Assembly: GCA_948989975.1 (NCBI GenBank)
Contig: CARHSH010000001.1
Location: forward strand, 82,906-146,905
DNA: 64,000 nt
Direction: 5' to 3'
Source: an uncultured Lachnospiraceae bacterium
Lineage (GTDB): Bacteria > Bacillota > Clostridia > Lachnospirales > Lachnospiraceae
Below, in pieces: positions 1-8,554 of the stretch (within the stretch, counting starts at the first letter, position 1; each line of letters opens with the position of its first letter). Below the pieces are notes generated by a model. It was not told the origin of the DNA. It did no database searches and saw only the letters and a list, made by a program, of their open reading frames with translations. Position numbers and translations under genes: made by a program.

Positions 1-668
1 CAAAAACGGCGCTGCAATATAGTTTTATCACGACAAAGGAGATGAAAAAAGGAATAGACGCCTTTTCTCAGGTTTTTCTCCAGAATAATTATTTATCCGG
101 CGCAATTTTAAGACGGGAGGCTTTTATGCGGCTTCCATTTGAAAAAATTAAAGAGGAGGCCAAAAGCAATGCGTATTATATTTCATATACGCATGAATGG
201 TGGTTTTGCTTTTTAAGTTTCGAAGGAGATTGCCGTTTGGATGGAGAATGTCTTGTTGCAGAAGGAGACTCTGTACGGGAGAAACAGGGGGAGCAGTACA
301 AAAAACGGGGAGAAGACGCATTGTCTGCCGGATATGATTCAGATGGGGGCCTGCAAAGTTATGCCACATATGAGAGCAGGCTGGAACAATTTAAAGGATA
401 CATTGAGTTTATTCACTATATTGAGGGAAAAGGCGGGGAAAATCTGGCGCAAAAAGGGGTTGCGCTTGCGATCAAAAAAACAATCAGTCTGATTAAATTG
501 GCGTATTTTGGATTTCATTATAAGACAGATGAGATTATGGAAGTATTGGACAAGTTTAGCAGGCTTTGCATATCAGCGGTGGAAGAATTTGCTTTTACTG
601 CGGAGGAGAAAGAGTCGCTGCTTCGGATATTGCTTCATCAAATTCAAAATGGTGGATGGGAAATATAA
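1..668 (+). CDS. C-terminal fragment of a paralog of the 966..2681 protein; gene is 5'-truncated by the window edge
   Basis: No in-frame stop between nt 3 and the annotated ATG at 42. The 208 aa align to the last ~210 aa of the 571-aa downstream product: FLQNNYLSGAILRREAF vs FLKQNYLSGLIFHREKF; YTHEWW vs YPHEWW; SYATYESRLEQF vs AYSTYESRLQQF. Confidence 0.5.
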   Translation, partial: KTALQYSFITTKEMKKGIDAFSQVFLQNNYLSGAILRREAFMRLPFEKIKEEAKSNAYYISYTHEWWFCFLSFEGDCRLDGECLVAEGDSVREKQGEQYKKRGEDALSAGYDSDGGLQSYATYESRLEQFKGYIEFIHYIEGKGGENLAQKGVALAIKKTISLIKLAYFGFHYKTDEIMEVLDKFSRLCISAVEEFAFTAEEKESLLRILLHQIQNGGWEI

Positions 669-760
669 CATTTTATTTTGTTCTAAAGTTTCTATAGGAA
701 ATATCCGATATATACATATAGCAGTGATTTTGGGCGTATTGTAAAAAACCCAAAAATCAA

Positions 761-770
761 GGGGGGGGGG
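761..770. repeat. Homopolymeric G10 tract in an intergenic region (candidate slipped-strand contingency repeat)
   Basis: Ten consecutive G at 761-770 in an otherwise AT-rich spacer between two paralogous GT-like genes. It lies 10 nt upstream of a 38-codon small ORF (780-896). Confidence 0.9.
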
Positions 771-893
771 ATAAACAGAATGAATAATTTTGCTTTGGAT
801 CGTTTTTCCAATTATATAAATAAAGAGTTTTGTATTGCCCTTCCGGGTGGTTTTGCAAAGAATCATTACTGGGCATCTATGATGCGTAAATAG

Positions 894-926
894 AAAGTTG
901 ACAGTTGTCAACTTTTTTGTTTTATA
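894..926 (+). terminator. Perfect palindrome AAAGTTGACAgTTGTCAACTTT followed by a T tract; intrinsic-terminator-like, and also carries TTGACA on both strands (possible operator or -35)
   Basis: 10-bp perfect inverted repeat centred on G904, followed by TTTTTTGTTTT. It sits 40 bp upstream of the 966 start codon. Confidence 0.4.
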
Positions 927-965
927 GAACACAAGTAAAATTAAGAAGGGGATGAGAGGCTTTTA

Positions 966-2681
966 ATGGAAAATAGAATATTAGATTATGCTTGTGAACA
1001 GTTTGAGAGCCGTAATTATTGTGAAGCGTTGGAAGCGTTTGTTTTAGCTTATATGAAAGGTTATGAGCCGGAATGGGTGATTGAAAACATTTATAATTGT
1101 TATGTGGCTTGTAATGAGCTGGAATTTCGCAATGCTTATGGAAAGTGTGGGGCAGAGGTAAGCTATGAGGATTGCGTGTTGGACTTTATGCCTTATAAAG
1201 AAGGGGAATATTATATTTTTGATAAAGAGCGAAAGCAATTTATTGGAAAGTTCTTAGTTTCAGAACTAAAGATGGTTTCATCAGAGGAAGCATTAAATGA
1301 AATCGAGTTTGGCGCGGTGGCGGAAGCGTTCCATTGGAATCTGAAGGAAGAATATCAACTGCTTGCGGCGGCAAAAGACAAGAAAGTGTATGCAGTCTGC
1401 CATGAAATCAATTATATTTCTTCCTTTTATAAAATACCGGAGTTAGAAGAATATAATAAAAATGTGAAATTGTTTCAGGATTTCAGTCAGTTTCAGCAAT
1501 ATTTCCATAAAAATACGGGAGTTTATCTGCCCCGGATTTTGTCAGGGGATTTAGAGAGTGTAAAAGAATTAAATGAAATAGTTGAAGCGGAACATCAATT
1601 TAGATTAACTCCGGAGGGACGCAATACAGATCACGTATTGCTTACGATTGGGATACCTTCACGGAATAGAGGGAATCTTTTGTTAAAACGGCTGGAAAAT
1701 CTGCGGAACATAAAACTGGATGCGGAAATTGAAATTGCAATTTCGAAAAACGGCGTGGATTTCTATCAGGAAGAATATGATCAAGTGAATCAGGCGCAGG
1801 ATTCCAGAATTTGTTATTATGATCATCATAAGGATTTGGTGGCGCCTGAGAATTGGCATTTTGTGGTAGAAATGGCGCATGGGAAGTTTGTATTGCTGGT
1901 TTCGGATGAAGATGACATTATTTTAGATTCTTTAGGGCATTATCTAAAGCTGATAACGGAGTATCCGCAAGCGAGTGTGATAAGGGCAAAGTCCTGCATA
2001 TTTTATTCACGTTTATCGGAAAGATTGTATGCGGAAGGGACGGATGCATTAAAAAAAGGATTTTTGAAGCAAAATTATTTGTCAGGGTTGATTTTTCACA
2101 GGGAAAAGTTTTTAAAGCAAAATTTGCTGCGGTTAGAAAAATTCCGGGAAGAGAATTTATATTATTGCCTGTATCCGCATGAGTGGTGGTGCGCCATTTT
2201 GTCAAAAAAAGGCGTTTATATGGAAGAACCGTTTTTGTTGGTTCAGGAACGTGAGTCTGTGATTCAGGAAGAAAACTCAAAGTATATTGAAAAAGGAGTG
2301 ATAGAAGAAGGGGAGCATATTGCAAAGGGAACAAGCCTGCCGGCGTATTCTACATATGAAAGCCGCTTACAGCAGTTTTTAGGCATGATGGAATTTGTGC
2401 GTTGGATTGCGGATGGGGATAAGGAGCTTGCTTTTTTTTGCGTTGCAAGTTGTATAAGTAAAATTTTATTTCTATTGCTGCTGGCAAGGGATAGGGGGTA
2501 TGAAGTCTCAAACTTTATGAATATAGTTGATAAATTTTGCAAAATGTCTATTGAAGCAATCCGTGAGTTTGATTTTTCTGAGGAACAGCAAGTGCAGTTA
2601 TTATCAATATTAAAAACAAGCGCAATAGAAACATATGGGCAAGAGAGGGAGATTTTTGAAAAAGAACAGAATGCAGGATAG
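966..2681 (+). CDS. Putative glycosyltransferase (GT-A-like domain with an SDEDD DxD-type motif), N-terminal helical region, C-terminal domain shared with ORF 1..668
   Basis: 571-aa ORF. Central segment LLTIGIPSRNRGNLLLKRLENL...FVLLVSDEDDII resembles the GT2 nucleotide-binding/DxD region. RBS AAGGGGATGAG lies upstream. Confidence 0.45.
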   Translation: MENRILDYACEQFESRNYCEALEAFVLAYMKGYEPEWVIENIYNCYVACNELEFRNAYGKCGAEVSYEDCVLDFMPYKEGEYYIFDKERKQFIGKFLVSELKMVSSEEALNEIEFGAVAEAFHWNLKEEYQLLAAAKDKKVYAVCHEINYISSFYKIPELEEYNKNVKLFQDFSQFQQYFHKNTGVYLPRILSGDLESVKELNEIVEAEHQFRLTPEGRNTDHVLLTIGIPSRNRGNLLLKRLENLRNIKLDAEIEIAISKNGVDFYQEEYDQVNQAQDSRICYYDHHKDLVAPENWHFVVEMAHGKFVLLVSDEDDIILDSLGHYLKLITEYPQASVIRAKSCIFYSRLSERLYAEGTDALKKGFLKQNYLSGLIFHREKFLKQNLLRLEKFREENLYYCLYPHEWWCAILSKKGVYMEEPFLLVQERESVIQEENSKYIEKGVIEEGEHIAKGTSLPAYSTYESRLQQFLGMMEFVRWIADGDKELAFFCVASCISKILFLLLLARDRGYEVSNFMNIVDKFCKMSIEAIREFDFSEEQQVQLLSILKTSAIETYGQEREIFEKEQNAG

Positions 2682-2687
2682 GAAGAT

Positions 2688-3569
2688 ATGAAAACGATAT
2701 TAATTTTAGGATCAACCGGATTTATAGGGAGAAATTTAAAGGAATGGTTTGAGAAAAAGAAACAGTACACGGTTTTATGTCCTAATCGCAAAGAACTGGA
2801 TTTGCTCGATGAAAATATGGCAGATTCCTTTTTGGCGGCGCATAAAATAGATGTGGTTTTTAATTGCGCAATATTTTCTCCAAAGTCGGAAATGGAAGAA
2901 TTGGAAGTGATTGAAAAGGATTTGCGTATGTTTCTGAACCTTGAAAAAAATAAAGATAAATTTGGCAAAATGTTTTATTTTGGCTCTGGGGCGGAATATG
3001 ATAAGACAAAGCCTATTGTACAAGTGAAAGAGACGGATATTGGGAAAAGCATTCCGAAAAGCAGATATGGCATGGTAAAATATGTAATTGGACAAATGAT
3101 AGATGGATCGGATAATATCTATAATATACGGATATGGGGACTGTTTGGGAAGTATGAAGACTGGTGGACGACATTTATATCGAATTGCTGTTGTAAAGCA
3201 ATTAAGGATTACCCAATTTCCATTCGAAAAGACACGTATTTTGATTATCTTTGGATAGAGGATTTTTGCAGAATTGCCGAATGGGCAGTTGGACATGAAT
3301 TTGAGAGCCATACATACCATGCAGGGAGCGGACGGCGTATCTTACTGTCAGAAATTGCAAAAATAGTAAGGGACGTCAGCGGCAGGGAATTAGACATTAT
3401 TATTTGCAATGAGGGGCTGGGCAATGAATATACGGCGGACAGCTCACGTCTGATGAAGGAATATGGAAAAGACTATGTTACCCCTATGGAAACGGCAATC
3501 AGGGAATTGTATACATGGTATGAAACGCATCCGGAAATTATCAGTATGCAGAAATTAATATATGGTTAA
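2688..3569 (+). CDS. NAD(P)-dependent sugar epimerase/reductase (SDR family)
   Basis: N-terminal GSTGFIG Rossmann motif. Length (293 aa) and composition are typical of dTDP-4-dehydrorhamnose reductase / GDP-fucose synthase-like enzymes. Confidence 0.55.
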   Translation: MKTILILGSTGFIGRNLKEWFEKKKQYTVLCPNRKELDLLDENMADSFLAAHKIDVVFNCAIFSPKSEMEELEVIEKDLRMFLNLEKNKDKFGKMFYFGSGAEYDKTKPIVQVKETDIGKSIPKSRYGMVKYVIGQMIDGSDNIYNIRIWGLFGKYEDWWTTFISNCCCKAIKDYPISIRKDTYFDYLWIEDFCRIAEWAVGHEFESHTYHAGSGRRILLSEIAKIVRDVSGRELDIIICNEGLGNEYTADSSRLMKEYGKDYVTPMETAIRELYTWYETHPEIISMQKLIYG

Positions 3570-3597
3570 AACTTTTAGAGATTGAGAGGAATTTAAA

Positions 3598-4599
3598 ATG
3601 AACGATATTTTTGAAAACAAGTCAGTGCTGATTACCGGAGGGACAGGTTCTTTGGGAAAGTATTTTACAAGATACATTCTGACGCATTTTAATCCGCATC
3701 GGGTAGTGATATTTTCGCGTGATGAATATAAACAGAGCATGATGAAACAGGAATTTGCGCAGTATGGGGATAAGCTGAGATTTTTTATCGGTGACGTGAG
3801 GGATAAAGACAGGCTTCTAAGGGCGTTCGACAGAGTGCAGATTGTAATTCATGCAGCAGCGATTAAACAGGTGCCGACTTGTGAATATAACCCGATAGAG
3901 GCTATTAGGACGAATATTAATGGGGCGATGAATGTCATTGACGCCGCGATTGACCGGAAGGTGGAGTGTGTTGTGGCGTTGTCAACGGACAAAGCGGTGA
4001 ACCCGGTAAACTTATATGGCGGAACAAAATTAGTTTCGGACAAGCTTTTTGTGGCGGCGAATGCCTATGCAAAAATTTCAGGGACAAAGTTTAGCGTTGT
4101 CCGGTATGGAAATGTGGCGGGCAGCAGGGGAAGCGTGATCCCGTTTTTTGAGAAACTTATGGCGGAAGGAAAGACAACGCTTCCGGTGACGGACGTGCGC
4201 ATGACGCGGTTTTGGATTGATTTGGAGCAAGGGGTTAAATTAATTTTAAAAGCTTTATATACGGCTGTTGGCGGCGAAGTTTTCGTTTCTAAAATACCTT
4301 CTTTTAAAGTGACGGATTTGGTAAAAGCCATGAATCCGGATGGTTCCATTGAGGAAGTCGGTATCCGTGAAGGGGAAAAGCTGCATGAAGTAATGATTAC
4401 AGATGTAGATTCAAGAAGGACGGTTGAATTAGGGGACTGTTATGTGATTATGCCGGAATTTTCATGGTATAAGCCAAATGAAGAAATAAAAGCGGGGAAA
4501 AAGCTTCCAGATGAATTTGTTTATAGTTCAGATAAAAATACGAGCTGGCTTTCTGTGGAACAGCTTCAAGAAAAATTAAAATTATATCGAAAGAAATAG
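3598..4599 (+). CDS. pseB: UDP-GlcNAc 4,6-dehydratase/5-epimerase (first step of pseudaminic acid biosynthesis)
   Basis: Collinear similarity to Campylobacter/Helicobacter PseB (FlaA1): ITGGTGSLGK, FFIGDVRDKDRL, LSTDKAVNPVNLYGGTKL, SVVRYGNVAGSRGSVIPFF, TRFWI. Confidence 0.85.
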   Translation: MNDIFENKSVLITGGTGSLGKYFTRYILTHFNPHRVVIFSRDEYKQSMMKQEFAQYGDKLRFFIGDVRDKDRLLRAFDRVQIVIHAAAIKQVPTCEYNPIEAIRTNINGAMNVIDAAIDRKVECVVALSTDKAVNPVNLYGGTKLVSDKLFVAANAYAKISGTKFSVVRYGNVAGSRGSVIPFFEKLMAEGKTTLPVTDVRMTRFWIDLEQGVKLILKALYTAVGGEVFVSKIPSFKVTDLVKAMNPDGSIEEVGIREGEKLHEVMITDVDSRRTVELGDCYVIMPEFSWYKPNEEIKAGKKLPDEFVYSSDKNTSWLSVEQLQEKLKLYRKK

Positions 4600-4609
4600 A
4601 GGGATTCAT

Positions 4610-6067
4610 TTGGAACGGTTTGAATTAACGGAAAAAACTAAACTATGGATTTACGGGGCAGCTTTTGGAGGAACGCTCTTATATGAAAAACTGCATAAGA
4701 ATCATTATCAGGTGGAAGGGTTTATAGATAAAAGGGCAGAGGAAATAGAGAGTTTATGCGGGCTTTCCGTCTATAGCGTAAAACAAGCCAAAGAACGTAT
4801 GGGACGTGGGCAGCTAACAGTCATTATTTCAGTGAAAAATGTGTTTGAACATAGCGGCATTGCCAGAGAGTTAATAAAAAATGGAATTACAAACATCATT
4901 TATAAGCCATATGCGGCTCTGAAAGGATTTGCAGACGAATCAGCAAAAGAAATGTTTGAGCTTCATAATCAGTTGATTGATTGCGGCTTTTGTAAGGGCG
5001 GCAGGTTTTGCAGGGCGGACGAAATAGAAAAGAATTGGGAAATCCCAAAAGAATATTTGCTGGCCAAAGATTCCAAAATGCAGACAGTTTTTCTGCCTCT
5101 GCCTATGCTGTTTGAAAACCAAAGCGTTACGGGCGGATATAAGGAACGGAATGTTTGTTTTTTATATCCGCATATACAATTCTTCCGGTATCTTCAAGGA
5201 GAAGCTGACGCTTCCTGCCAGCGCTATCTGGAGTATTGTGAGATGGCAGTGGAAGAATTGGATTCTTTTCAAGTTACGGAAGCGTGGAAAGAAAATGTGA
5301 TCCGAAACAGGGCAGATGTGTTTTACCAGATGAACCATGGGTTTTTGTTCCAGAAAGATTTTTTTGTCAGAAATTCGCCAGAGGCGGAATGGAATGAGGA
5401 CGGATACTTTAACTTGAAAAGCGGGAAGCACAGAGCGGCATTTTTTGCCGCCCGCCGTCAGATGTATATTCCCGTAAAGATCACTCATTCGGATGCAGAA
5501 AAATGGATTTCTGAGGATAGGGCAAATGAGGTGAAAAAAGAGCTTTTACAACAGGGCGTATTTGAATTAAAAGCTCCGGTTGAGCATCCATTTTTTTATC
5601 AGATGCCATGTACGGCAGAGAATTTTTTCTATGGCGTATGCTGCGCGTTGGCAGATGAACTCGGCGGGTTGTATTATCAAACGCCAATGGATCATGTATT
5701 GAAAGGCAAAAAGATATATTTGAATGTAGATGATTATGGGTTTGTCAGCCGTTTTTTCAGGAGAAGCGGGGCTATGGTATACGATGCCGATGAAAGGGAC
5801 CGGAAATTGAAAGAAGCGTTAGAAAGATTGTTTTCGCTTCATTTTGGAAGGCTTGTCGCCGCTCAGGAACATTACGACTTGGCGGTGTTTAAAACAGACT
5901 GCCCGCAAAATTTGAAGCAATGTCTGGAAACTATTTTGGCGGATCATTATTTTATCCTTGCCCCAGAGAGCATTTTGTTGGAAACTGAGTGGATAAAAAG
6001 AGTTTATTGTGGGGCTGCATGGGGAAAAAGCATGGTTTTGTGGCATTTGGAGAAATGTAATGTTTGA
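4610..6067 (+). CDS. Uncharacterised protein, paralog 1 of 3: NeuD/PglD-N-like Rossmann N-terminus plus central ParB/sulfiredoxin-like motif SGKHR
   Basis: 485 aa. N-terminus LWIYGAAFGG...YQVEGFIDKRAEE resembles the N-domain of NeuD/PglD acyltransferases. Motif FNLKSGKHRAAFFAARRQMYIPV resembles the ParB/Srx DGhHR-A-P signature. Homologous to 6060..7490 and 8555..9784. Confidence 0.5.
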   Translation: MERFELTEKTKLWIYGAAFGGTLLYEKLHKNHYQVEGFIDKRAEEIESLCGLSVYSVKQAKERMGRGQLTVIISVKNVFEHSGIARELIKNGITNIIYKPYAALKGFADESAKEMFELHNQLIDCGFCKGGRFCRADEIEKNWEIPKEYLLAKDSKMQTVFLPLPMLFENQSVTGGYKERNVCFLYPHIQFFRYLQGEADASCQRYLEYCEMAVEELDSFQVTEAWKENVIRNRADVFYQMNHGFLFQKDFFVRNSPEAEWNEDGYFNLKSGKHRAAFFAARRQMYIPVKITHSDAEKWISEDRANEVKKELLQQGVFELKAPVEHPFFYQMPCTAENFFYGVCCALADELGGLYYQTPMDHVLKGKKIYLNVDDYGFVSRFFRRSGAMVYDADERDRKLKEALERLFSLHFGRLVAAQEHYDLAVFKTDCPQNLKQCLETILADHYFILAPESILLETEWIKRVYCGAAWGKSMVLWHLEKCNV

Positions 6068-7490
6068 CATTCAAAAAGAGAGCAGGATAGTCCTTTACGG
6101 GCATTCGCAATTTGACATTGTGAAAGATAAATTCCGGGAACTAAAAGAACGTGGATATCAGGTGCTTGGATATATAGATCAAAGGGCAAAAGAGATTGAA
6201 ACGTATGTACAGGCGCCTTGTTGGACAGTAGAAGATTTTCCAGTTGGGCTAAAAGAACGTCAAGACATCGTAATTATATTGTTATTGCAAAATGCGCGGA
6301 TGCATGAGTCCATTGTATCTTCACTTTGCGGCAGGGGATTTAAAAAATTTTTATTTTTACCGGAAAAAGCGGATACATCTGAGAAAACATGTATGGTGCA
6401 AAAGTACAATGCCTTTATACGGTCAGAATATGATGAGTTGATGGGGATTCCTGAATGGGACAGCTTGTGTTTAAATTCTGTAAAAGGTGGAAAGCGGTTT
6501 TTGAAATGTGGAAAAGAACGCTGTACGCTTTTGGTTCCGGTGGAAATGCTGTTTCTTTATGAACAGGAGCAGTCTTTAGAAGAAAATATCGCGTTTGCAG
6601 AGGATTATCTGGAATTATTTGCGGTATTAGAAGGAAAGGCATTTGAATGCGGACGTTATTTTAATTTCATGGGAGCGGTGGAGAAGGAAGAAAAAGAAAA
6701 ATTACTGGCTGACCGTTTGGCGTTATATTGTTTGTGGGAACATTACAGACACTGCGATATAAATTATTTTATAGAAGCGGCTGCGCTTGTTTCATGGAAC
6801 CGGAGAGGATATTTTAATATTATTGACGGGCATCATAGAGTGATTTATCTGATGGCAAAGGGGTATAAGAAGATTCCCGTATCCATGCCGCTTAAAGATT
6901 ATGATAAGTGGATAGGAGAGGCAGATCAGGCATTGTCCGCTGCGCTGCGCAGATTGCGCGTCCCAATTCCACATCCGTTTTTTTTGAATGAAGAATGTAT
7001 CTATGAAACGCACTGGCAGAAAGTGATTCATTATTTATATGCGGCAGGACAAAGCAGGGACTGCAGGTTTGTGGAAATAGATACTTATATGGGATATTAT
7101 GCGGGGGCTTTCCAGAGAATTGTAAAAAAAGAAGCTCTGATAGTTTTAGAGAATGAGACGGATAAACGCTTATGTGAAAGTATGCAAAGGCTCATGCATC
7201 AAAAAATACCCATTTTGAACTATCCAGAAGTTATGTTTCGCGAAACCGATCTTGTCTATCTGAAATTGGCTGGAAATGAGGAAGCGTCTTTTATGCGTTT
7301 TATAAAGGACGTAACTGGACAGTGTATTTTGCTGGATATTCCTTGGGAAGAAGAAGGGAAGACGTTAAAAGAGGCTGTCCGCATTCTTGGGGGAGATTTG
7401 AAACAGATAGGCAGTTATCATAGAGATAAGGCGTATGGAATTTATGTGATTGAAAGGAGTGTTGGCAATTATGGCAGAGGTGACGACTAG
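6060..7490 (+). CDS. Uncharacterised protein, paralog 2 of 3 (NeuD-N-like plus ParB/Srx-like DGHHR)
   Basis: Start ATG at 6060 overlaps the stop of paralog 1 by 8 nt (RBS GGAGAAATG). Motifs: IVLYGHSQF...YQVLGYIDQRAKEIE; FNIIDGHHRVIYLMAKGYKKIPV. Confidence 0.5.
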   Translation: MFDIQKESRIVLYGHSQFDIVKDKFRELKERGYQVLGYIDQRAKEIETYVQAPCWTVEDFPVGLKERQDIVIILLLQNARMHESIVSSLCGRGFKKFLFLPEKADTSEKTCMVQKYNAFIRSEYDELMGIPEWDSLCLNSVKGGKRFLKCGKERCTLLVPVEMLFLYEQEQSLEENIAFAEDYLELFAVLEGKAFECGRYFNFMGAVEKEEKEKLLADRLALYCLWEHYRHCDINYFIEAAALVSWNRRGYFNIIDGHHRVIYLMAKGYKKIPVSMPLKDYDKWIGEADQALSAALRRLRVPIPHPFFLNEECIYETHWQKVIHYLYAAGQSRDCRFVEIDTYMGYYAGAFQRIVKKEALIVLENETDKRLCESMQRLMHQKIPILNYPEVMFRETDLVYLKLAGNEEASFMRFIKDVTGQCILLDIPWEEEGKTLKEAVRILGGDLKQIGSYHRDKAYGIYVIERSVGNYGRGDD

Positions 7491-8496
7491 AAGCCTTAAA
7501 AATGAAAGGACAATACTGCGGGACGTTGTCCCGGTGGACACGCCTTTTTTATTAGGCATATTTTTAGGCGATATATGTAATTTTAAATGTAAATACTGCA
7601 TTCAGTCTGCAGATGAATCCGTTGAGGAGAAAAAACAGTTAGTAAGGAAATTTTTAGAGTGGGAAACATTTCTTAAAATTGCAGATTCTGCAAAACAATT
7701 TCCGAAGAAAATTAAAACGGTATTGCTGACAAGCATCGGGGAGCCTTTACTGCATCCGGAAATTGTAAAGATGTTAGAGTATATGAACCGGATTGGGCTG
7801 GCGGATAACTATGAAATCATTACAAATGCATCTATGCTTTCTGTAGATTTGGGAAGACAATTAGTGGATGCAGGGCTTACAAGATTATGCGTTTCGCTTC
7901 AGGGGCTGACGGCGGAAAAATATAAAGACGTCTGCGGCGTAGAGATAGACTATGATGCATTTTACCAAAATTTAAAGAGTTTTTACGAATACAGCAGGGG
8001 AAAGTGCAGCGTACATATTAAGACAGTGGATCTTTCGTTAGAGGACGGTGAAGAAGACGCATTTCTAAAACTCTATGGTCCGATATGCGACACGATTTAC
8101 ATTGATAAAGTCGCTCCGGTGTTTAAAGGCGTAGATTATAGCGGCATTGTGCTTGACGGGGAGCCTTATACAGAAGATAAATACAGGCAAAATGCGGCTG
8201 TGTGCTGTAGTTCTATTTTTTATACATTGTATACGCTTGCGGACGGACGGATCGCTCCTTGTTGTGACCATCCGCAGCCGGTTATTTATGGGGACATTAA
8301 CCAGACTGGGCTTGTGGAAGCATGGTCTTCTGAAAATAGAAAACGGTTTTTAAGACAGCATTTGACCCATAAAAGATGCGAAAACGGCATTTGCGCACAG
8401 TGCGCCGCGCCGCTTGTAAGAGAGTTTGACAGTGATAAGTTAGATGGCTGTGAGGAAGCAATCTTGGCCCGTTTAGAGGGGGGTATTTTTCATTAA
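7471..8496 (+). CDS. Radical SAM enzyme with C-terminal SPASM/twitch-type Cys-rich domain
   Basis: CNFKCKYC (Cx3Cx2C) near the N-terminus. C-terminal cysteines CCSS...CCDHPQP...CENGICAQC. RBS GGAG sits 12 nt upstream of ATG 7471; the track's alternative start is TTG at 7450. Confidence 0.7.
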   Translation: MAEVTTRSLKNERTILRDVVPVDTPFLLGIFLGDICNFKCKYCIQSADESVEEKKQLVRKFLEWETFLKIADSAKQFPKKIKTVLLTSIGEPLLHPEIVKMLEYMNRIGLADNYEIITNASMLSVDLGRQLVDAGLTRLCVSLQGLTAEKYKDVCGVEIDYDAFYQNLKSFYEYSRGKCSVHIKTVDLSLEDGEEDAFLKLYGPICDTIYIDKVAPVFKGVDYSGIVLDGEPYTEDKYRQNAAVCCSSIFYTLYTLADGRIAPCCDHPQPVIYGDINQTGLVEAWSSENRKRFLRQHLTHKRCENGICAQCAAPLVREFDSDKLDGCEEAILARLEGGIFH

Positions 8497-8554
8497 CGAG
8501 AAGAAATTTAGTTTTCAAGATGCAGAAGAAGTTTATATATATGGCGCATCTTAT

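Noticed and set aside
2264-2968. 234-aa minus-strand ORF spanning the 966/2688 gene junction
   Set aside because: It is antisense to two well-supported co-directional genes. Ser/Ile-rich low-complexity composition, no RBS.
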